Part shown: one piece after another, positions 59,034 to 64,000 of the stretch | Position numbering within the stretch: position 1 is the first letter of the stretch | Layout of the letters: each line of letters starts with the position of its first letter | IMG/VR virus record: IMGVR_UViG_3300040801_002379 | Location: 1-64,000 of that record | Length of the DNA: 64,000 nucleotides | DNA from: a virus | Direction: 5' to 3' (one strand) | The notes under the pieces: model-generated | What the model was told of the DNA's origin: nothing | What the model saw: only the letters and a program-made list of their open reading frames with translations | Databases searched by the model: none | Program-made: the position numbers and the translations under genes

Positions 59034-59401
59034 CAGCCCAGGTCGAAGGATTCGTCGTCGTCGTCCAGCCCCAGGTCGTCGTCCAGCTCGGAGGCATCAC
59101 CGAGACTGTTGAACGTGGGAGCCGGAGAATCCTCCTTGGTCGCGATGGTCACGTTGCCCACCGCTACCTCGTGGAGGGCCTCACCAAGATTGGTCATGAG
59201 GTCTTCCTTGTTGACGAAGGTCAGGAAGTAGTGCCCGCCCTGCTTGGACTCCAGAATCTGCGCACCGGCCGTAGCGGCCAGAATGGCGCCCACCTCGGGA
59301 TGCTTCGACTTGATGACCAGTTGGGCCCCGTCGGTCTTGTGAGCCGCAATCTTGGCACCAAATGGCGTCCCGCGGATGCTGAGGAAAATGTTCTTGGTCA
59401 T
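59033..59401 (-). CDS. hypothetical protein with acidic C-terminal tail (SSB-like tail; function unproven)
   Basis: 122 aa. AAGGAG lies 7 nt upstream. The C-terminus is ..ELDDDLGLDDDDESFDLG. It is the first gene after promoter 10. Confidence 0.55.
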   Translation of the reverse strand: MTKNIFLSIRGTPFGAKIAAHKTDGAQLVIKSKHPEVGAILAATAGAQILESKQGGHYFLTFVNKEDLMTNLGEALHEVAVGNVTIATKEDSPAPTFNSLGDASELDDDLGLDDDDESFDLG

Positions 59402-59449
59402 GTCAGTGCTCCTTGGTTCATGCGGAGGCTGTCCATCAGCCTCGTCCAG

Positions 59450-59497
59450 AATGTAGCCCCGAAAGTCCAGAACGTCAAGCAGAAAAACTCAGATTCC
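59450..59497 (-). promoter_or_regulatory. conserved phage promoter (family member 10)
   Basis: ..CTGAGTTTTTCTGC-TTGACG-TTCTGGACTTTCGGGGC(17)-TACATT. The amidase stop TGA lies inside the upstream element. Confidence 0.6.
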
Positions 59498-60112
59498 ATC
59501 CCACACGATTCCATGCGGTTGGCGGCGGGCCTGAGCCATCACCCGTTGGCGGTCCTCTTCGTCGTCGTAAGGCTTCCAGTCCCCAGCGACTTCGACCCGA
59601 ACGTAGTCGAGGTCCAGCTTCTCACCTGGACACTGCTTGCCGGGCGTGGAGGTAGCCCCCGGTCCAGAATCGGTGTGACCGTCGATGTCCCAGGGGGTGA
59701 TGCCGAACGCGCGGATGAGCACCTCGCAGAGCTTCAGAAGAGACGCGAGCTGGTCGTCAGTCGGGCTTTCGTACCGGAAGTCGCCGATGCAGGCGATGCC
59801 GCAGCCAGGGACGTTCCAGCGGCGGGCATGGTTGCCCACCTCGTCGATGGGCAGGCACTGCCAGATTTCGCCCTTCTTTCCGATGATGAACGTGTACGGG
59901 TTCTCTCCGCCCGTGTACTTGGCGACCGCTGGATTGTGGAGAAACTGCTTCGCGATTTCTGGACCGGTGTCGCCGAGGCTGAGGTTGTACTTCTTGTCCT
60001 TGCCGACACGATGGATGATGAGCGTCTTGATGCGGCTGATGTCCCGCTCGCGGTGATGGCCGTCGTTCAGCTCGTCGATGCAGTTGATGACTCTCCAGAA
60101 ACGGGTGCTCAT
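59489..60112 (-). CDS. N-acetylmuramoyl-L-alanine amidase (Amidase_2/PGRP fold) endolysin
   Basis: Motifs ..LIIHRV..VGNHARRWNVPGCGIACIGDF..PTDDQLASLLKLC..IDGHTD... Confidence 0.8.
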   Translation of the reverse strand: MSTRFWRVINCIDELNDGHHRERDISRIKTLIIHRVGKDKKYNLSLGDTGPEIAKQFLHNPAVAKYTGGENPYTFIIGKKGEIWQCLPIDEVGNHARRWNVPGCGIACIGDFRYESPTDDQLASLLKLCEVLIRAFGITPWDIDGHTDSGPGATSTPGKQCPGEKLDLDYVRVEVAGDWKPYDDEEDRQRVMAQARRQPHGIVWDGI

Positions 60113-61152
60113 GATGCCTCCAGAAGGGGAAATATGAATTCGTGCATGTCCTCATCCAACAAACGAAGCGGGCTATGGGCCTGAGCGGGCTGCCAGCGAA
60201 GGGTGATGGTCGATGAGGTCCATGTCTTCGTCGAGGTCGAGAGTCGCTCACCGTGGACGAGAAAATCCAGCGGAGTGCTCGACGGGTGTGTCACTTCTAG
60301 ATGGGCCTCGATGTCGGGGGCCGTCAAACTGCTGACATTGAGGAAAGCACCCTCTGTCCAGAGTCGTAGGAACCGGCGCTGCGCCTTCTGCTTGAAGGCC
60401 TTCATGGCCTCCTGGAAGGCCTTCGTGGGGACAACCAGCTCCCGCCAGGGCTCCGGGGTCGACTCGAAGAAGGCGCCCAGAGGAGGGTACCAGGTCTCCA
60501 CGGTGCGTATCAGCCGGTACTCGCCGTGCGACTGGATGAGGAACCACTCCGGACGAAAGCCCGCCGACGGCTGACTGGACTGGATGACCTTCATCTTCTG
60601 GAACGACCGCGCCGGAACCAGGCCCTCGACCTCGGGGGCGAGGCCACTCCGACACCTCACGAACTGAGCCTCGTCGCCGGCCTCGACCAGTCCAGAAAAG
60701 AACCGCACGCATCCGAGCCCCGGCCGGAGCTGGTCCTTCACCGCGGCACGTTCGGAGACGCCGATGATGTCCTTCAGGTTCTTCACCGTCAGCGTCGAAG
60801 TCTGGAAGTCGAAGGGGCGGTTGGCGTAGGGCCAGTACACGGTGGGGTCGACCAGCGGTGCCATGTTCACGAGCGAGGAGCCGACCTTGAGCTGCATCGG
60901 CGTATTGCCGACGTACTGGACCTCGCAGCTCTTGGTCTTCAGCTTCCGGAACTCGCCAGCCACCTCCTTCACGTCAGCCACGAACCCGACAATCGGTAGC
61001 CCCTCCGTGACGGGGAAGAAGCTCCAGAAGCCCTCCGCTTGGACCGCGACGCCAGGGATGACGTCGGGGGTCGAAGGGATGACGGCGAAGCGGGGGTCGG
61101 TCAGATGGGTTGCGAGAGCCGCTGCTCGGGCTACTGCTTGGTCAAAGCGCAT
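60109..61152 (-). CDS. DNA polymerase sliding-clamp (beta-clamp)-like protein
   Basis: 347 aa of about the right size, beta-rich. Segments ..RPGLGCVRFFSGLVEAGDEAQF.. and the C-terminal ..PLRLLDEDMHEFIFPLL resemble clamp motifs. This is not a strong match. Confidence 0.5.
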   Translation of the reverse strand: MRFDQAVARAAALATHLTDPRFAVIPSTPDVIPGVAVQAEGFWSFFPVTEGLPIVGFVADVKEVAGEFRKLKTKSCEVQYVGNTPMQLKVGSSLVNMAPLVDPTVYWPYANRPFDFQTSTLTVKNLKDIIGVSERAAVKDQLRPGLGCVRFFSGLVEAGDEAQFVRCRSGLAPEVEGLVPARSFQKMKVIQSSQPSAGFRPEWFLIQSHGEYRLIRTVETWYPPLGAFFESTPEPWRELVVPTKAFQEAMKAFKQKAQRRFLRLWTEGAFLNVSSLTAPDIEAHLEVTHPSSTPLDFLVHGERLSTSTKTWTSSTITLRWQPAQAHSPLRLLDEDMHEFIFPLLEAS

Positions 61153-61796
61153 AGGTACTCCAGGTCTTCAATCGTGGGCAGTCTCCCCGCCCGTAAGTTG
61201 ATGAGGGCTCGATGTACCCGGAAGTCCTCCGGGAGCTTCTCGACCCACTCGCGTAGCTGTTCTGCACGATGCGGAACGCCCAGCTTTCTGGAACGTCGAC
61301 GGAACCTCTGAAAGCACGGATTACAGAAACCACCGATGTGATGGGGCCGTGCCTTCGTTCCGCACTGAAGGCAACAATAGGCTTCGAGCTTCTTCGACCA
61401 GTAGTCGTGCCCCAACCAGCATATGATGTCGTCGTACTGCTCGAACGTGATGATGAAGTCGCCGTGCTTCTTGGTCCTGAGCCATCGCTGATTCAAGGCT
61501 CGGGCTGCTCGGAGGAAATGCGTGCGACTGTACCCGCTGACCTTGAGCGCCTCATACAGGCTCATCGAGCCCCGCGTGATGCCGCCGCCACCGAATTCGC
61601 GTTGGACCTTCTTCCAGATGGCGTCCTTCGTTCTGCCCCCGACCTTCTTCTGGAGCACCGACCACCCTACGACACCGATGTTGTCCAGAAGGGCCTTCTT
61701 CTGCTTCTCAGTCCACTCAGAACCCGCCGAAGCCGAAGGGGTCGCGTTCGTCGATGTTCGTGCGCTCTTGGAGCTTCTGGAGCTTCCCATCTTCAA
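61131..61796 (-). CDS. putative DNA-binding protein (Myb-like N-terminal region, Cys-rich C-terminal region)
   Basis: 221 aa with WTEKQKKALLD..W..LQKKV and CCLQCG..CNPC. The start overlaps the upstream ORF and is uncertain. Confidence 0.5.
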   Translation of the reverse strand: MKMGSSRSSKSARTSTNATPSASAGSEWTEKQKKALLDNIGVVGWSVLQKKVGGRTKDAIWKKVQREFGGGGITRGSMSLYEALKVSGYSRTHFLRAARALNQRWLRTKKHGDFIITFEQYDDIICWLGHDYWSKKLEAYCCLQCGTKARPHHIGGFCNPCFQRFRRRSRKLGVPHRAEQLREWVEKLPEDFRVHRALINLRAGRLPTIEDLEYLCALTKQ

Positions 61797-61920
61797 CCAT
61801 CACGCCTGGAGCGAACACCAGACCGAACTTACTCCTCACCAGACAGCCCACCTTCGGGATGTTCATTGCGTGGGTCGCGTCGGACTTCGGGCCTACCTGC
61901 TTCCAATCGCTTTCGCTCAT
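61717..61920 (-). CDS. hypothetical protein
   Basis: 67-aa ORF. Confidence 0.4.
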   Translation of the reverse strand: MSESDWKQVGPKSDATHAMNIPKVGCLVRSKFGLVFAPGVMVEDGKLQKLQERTNIDERDPFGFGGF

Positions 61921-62686
61921 TCACTTGCCTCGTTCTGGACAGCCGAGCCCGCATGGCCCCGCGCTGCTTCGTAGTGATGCTCTTCGCCGCCTCGCGTAGC
62001 TGAGCCGGGTCGAAGTCGTGCGACATGGCGCGGCCATGCTGCATCCTCTCGCTTTCTGGAATCGGGCGACCCACGTCGTCCACCAGTCCAGACTTCGCCA
62101 TCTCCGCGATGTCCGCGAGCCGCTCGTTGAGCTTGAGCAAGATGGACGCGACGCCCTCCCACTTGTCGGGAGGTACGTGCTGGAGATGGTGGATGGTCTG
62201 CGTCCTGAGGTTGAGCAGGTCCTGGACTTCGCGTGCGAGGTTGTCGGTCAGGCGTTGCTGGAGCTTCTCGACCAGAACCTGCTTCAGGTTCTCGACGGCC
62301 TCGCGCCTCTTCTGAGCCCAGCCGTCGGCTGCCGCCCACTTCCGCATGGTGTCCAGATTGATTTTGCCCTTGAACCGAGGGTCCTGCATCAGGTCCGTGA
62401 GGGAGATACCTTTCGCGTCCGTGATGTAGATGGCCATGGCCTGGAGCCGAAGTTGGTCGTAGTTGCGAGGTCCCTGCTTGTTGACGGTCCGTTTGACGGA
62501 CGGGTCGACCTCCATGTTGACCAGCTCGTCGACCTGGACGTCCCGCTTCGATTTGGACAGCTTGGACCCCTTCGGGTGGGGTGAGTGTCCTCCGGGAGTG
62601 ATGCCGGACTTCTTCTTCGTCGTCTTCTTCTTGGCCGCTTTCTTCTGGACCTTCTTGACGACCTTCTTGACCGGCTTCTTCTCCAT
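61829..62686 (-). CDS. Lys-rich DNA-binding protein with terminase-small-subunit-like HTH region
   Basis: 285 aa. The N-terminus is KKVVKKVQKKAAKKKTTKKKSGITPGG. Segment ISLTDLMQDPRFKGKINLDTMRKWAAADGWAQKR resembles gpNu1/TerS-type HTH. It is far from terL, so its role is uncertain. Confidence 0.5.
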   Translation of the reverse strand: MEKKPVKKVVKKVQKKAAKKKTTKKKSGITPGGHSPHPKGSKLSKSKRDVQVDELVNMEVDPSVKRTVNKQGPRNYDQLRLQAMAIYITDAKGISLTDLMQDPRFKGKINLDTMRKWAAADGWAQKRREAVENLKQVLVEKLQQRLTDNLAREVQDLLNLRTQTIHHLQHVPPDKWEGVASILLKLNERLADIAEMAKSGLVDDVGRPIPESERMQHGRAMSHDFDPAQLREAAKSITTKQRGAMRARLSRTRQVNERKRLEAGRPEVRRDPRNEHPEGGLSGEE

Positions 62687-63060
62687 CAGTCCTCTCCGTG
62701 GTGGAACTCGCGAATGTAGGCGTCCAGAAACGGACGGAAGTCGGACAGACGCATGAAGACCATGGGCTCACCACGGTTCCGCTTCACGATGACGATGGGC
62801 CGGTCTTCGGGGTCCTTGTCCTGCATGGCCTGAGCGAACTTCGCCCACGGGCTCGGCGCCTTCCCATGGCATAGCTCCCAATGGATGGCCAGACGGCTGC
62901 CCTTCGCGAACGTCTCGACGTCGGCCTCCTCCTTGCCGCCACCTCGGCTCTGCCAGCCCCTCTTCGCGTCACCGTCGAGGTCGAAGAACTGCTCTTTGAA
63001 CCACCGCGCGAACCACCGCTCGAAGGTATGGCCTTTGGTGCGTTGACCCCCGGCCTTCAC
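62686..63060 (-). CDS. Hjc-like PD-(D/E)xK Holliday-junction resolvase / endonuclease
   Basis: Pattern KGHTFERWFARWF...QSRGG...ADVE...LAIHWELCHGK follows the Hjc pattern (G..fER...D...ExK). ATGA-coupled to the SbcC-like gene. Confidence 0.6.
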   Translation of the reverse strand: MKAGGQRTKGHTFERWFARWFKEQFFDLDGDAKRGWQSRGGGKEEADVETFAKGSRLAIHWELCHGKAPSPWAKFAQAMQDKDPEDRPIVIVKRNRGEPMVFMRLSDFRPFLDAYIREFHHGED

Positions 63061-64000
63061 GCCATCAGCTCCTTGCCCATCTCCACGAACATCTCTGGAG
63101 TCAACGGCTTGCCCTTCAGGTCGATGTAGTCAGGAATGGGCTCGTCCGGGAACATCGAACGACGATTCTGGATACGGACCTTGAGCTGTCGTTCGAACTG
63201 GCCCGCCATCTCCTTGTCGTGGTCCACGACGAAGATGCTATCACGGTCCATCGACTGGAGCAGCTCGAAGACCGCCTCACGGCCTCCAGAGTCCATGTGC
63301 TGCCGGAATGACTCGTCGATGATGTAGAGCCCCCAGCTCTTCGAGGCCCGACTGGCCACGAGCTGGGACAGCCCCTGGTCGATGCCCAGGGCCACCCGTT
63401 TCTTCTCGCCGCCGGACCAGCTCCGGTAGCTGCGCTCGGTCGTGGTCCCGTCCGGGTTGTGGCGGAAGATGCGGATGTTGAACTGCTCGTTCAGCTTGCC
63501 CGAACTGGTCATCGACTGCGTCTCGAACCGGACCCAGGTCGTGCCTCCCGTGAGCGCTTGCACCCAGGAGTTGGCCGCGTCGGTCATCAGCTCGATTCGG
63601 GAGTCCAGAATGTAGCTCTTGATGCCCTTGTTGCTGAGCGCCTCGACCCACCACTGCCAGTGATTGAGCAGGGCGAGCTTCTGCTCCGCCTCCTTCTGGC
63701 CGGCCGCGAGTTGCTCCTCGAAGACCTGGATGGAGGTGGCGTTGTCGGGCGCAATCCACTGCTCGGCCTGGATTTGGCTCACCGAATACTGAGCGTTGTC
63801 GACCTGCGTCTGGAGGTACTGGAGGTTCGTCTGCTGGAGCTGGCGAATCTCGGCCTCCAGAACGCCCTTCTGGTGATTGTAGGAGGCCAGAACCCCATCG
63901 TTGTACGCTTTCTCCTGGTCCGCGTAACCGACTGCCTCGCGGTAGTGGGCGTCGGCCTGGTCCAGGCCATGGATGGCCTGGTCTCGGGAGGCTTGAGCTT
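63057..64000 (-). CDS. SbcC/Rad50-like ATPase, C-terminal part (5' end outside window)
   Basis: ABC signature SGGEKKRVAL, Walker B LYIIDES and H-loop VVDHD. The frame stays open upstream of the track start (63782) to the window edge, through a coiled-coil-like sequence. Confidence 0.75.
   Translation of the reverse strand, partial: AQASRDQAIHGLDQADAHYREAVGYADQEKAYNDGVLASYNHQKGVLEAEIRQLQQTNLQYLQTQVDNAQYSVSQIQAEQWIAPDNATSIQVFEEQLAAGQKEAEQKLALLNHWQWWVEALSNKGIKSYILDSRIELMTDAANSWVQALTGGTTWVRFETQSMTSSGKLNEQFNIRIFRHNPDGTTTERSYRSWSGGEKKRVALGIDQGLSQLVASRASKSWGLYIIDESFRQHMDSGGREAVFELLQSMDRDSIFVVDHDKEMAGQFERQLKVRIQNRRSMFPDEPIPDYIDLKGKPLTPEMFVEMGKELMA

Noticed and set aside
1-64000. The heptamer enrichment, considered as a by-product of a favoured tripeptide (for example [LFIV]-Q-[KN]) or of codon usage.
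   Set aside because: The word occurs in all three frames on both strands and in intergenic DNA. It is frequently built from locally rare A/T-ending codons. A rough estimate for the most favourable frame gives under 10 expected copies, against about 200 observed.
1-64000. tRNA or rRNA genes, CRISPR arrays, tandem repeats, integrase, att sites and transposases.
   Set aside because: None was recognised by eye. The intergenic gaps are short and are mostly explained by promoters or hairpins. No direct-repeat arrays were seen. A tRNAscan or Infernal run would be needed to exclude small RNAs formally.

Overview
High-GC (about 62-63% by eye) dsDNA phage or prophage segment. Every credible gene except one is on the minus strand. 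Genes are tightly packed, and many junctions show ATGA / TGATG / GTGA start-stop overlaps. In transcription order (64000 -> 1) there are two blocks. (i) A replication, recombination and nucleotide-metabolism block: SbcC-like ATPase, Hjc-like resolvase, clamp-like protein, Amidase_2 lysin, metallophosphoesterase, ADP-ribosylglycohydrolase, class II RNR, dNMP kinase, patatin-like lipase, GT2-TPR glycosyltransferase, ThyX and dCMP deaminase. These are interspersed with about 50 small ORFs and at least 9 near-identical sigma70-type promoters. (ii) A packaging and head block: PHP phosphoesterase, TerL, a 685-aa Zeta-kinase fusion, a 616-aa acidic protein, portal, a 1615-aa MuF-like polyvalent protein carrying an intein, a 2322-aa giant protein, prohead protease, scaffold, major capsid protein and a LamG-repeat protein. 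Three things stand out. (1) The heptamer TCCAGAA/TTCTGGA occurs about 200 times (about 1 per 300 bp, roughly 40-fold over the composition expectation). It is found in all reading frames and on both strands, and it also brackets the -35 box of the promoter family. (2) The intein in the MuF-like gene carries what looks like a real HTH + Vsr/DUF559-like endonuclease gene on the opposite (plus) strand, dual-coded with the open intein linker. (3) The giant protein is punctuated by a repeated NNFETMP peptide and DNA motif that may mark processing sites. No tRNA, rRNA, CRISPR array, integrase or transposase was recognised. Coordinates of short motifs were derived by hand and may be off by 1-2 nt.
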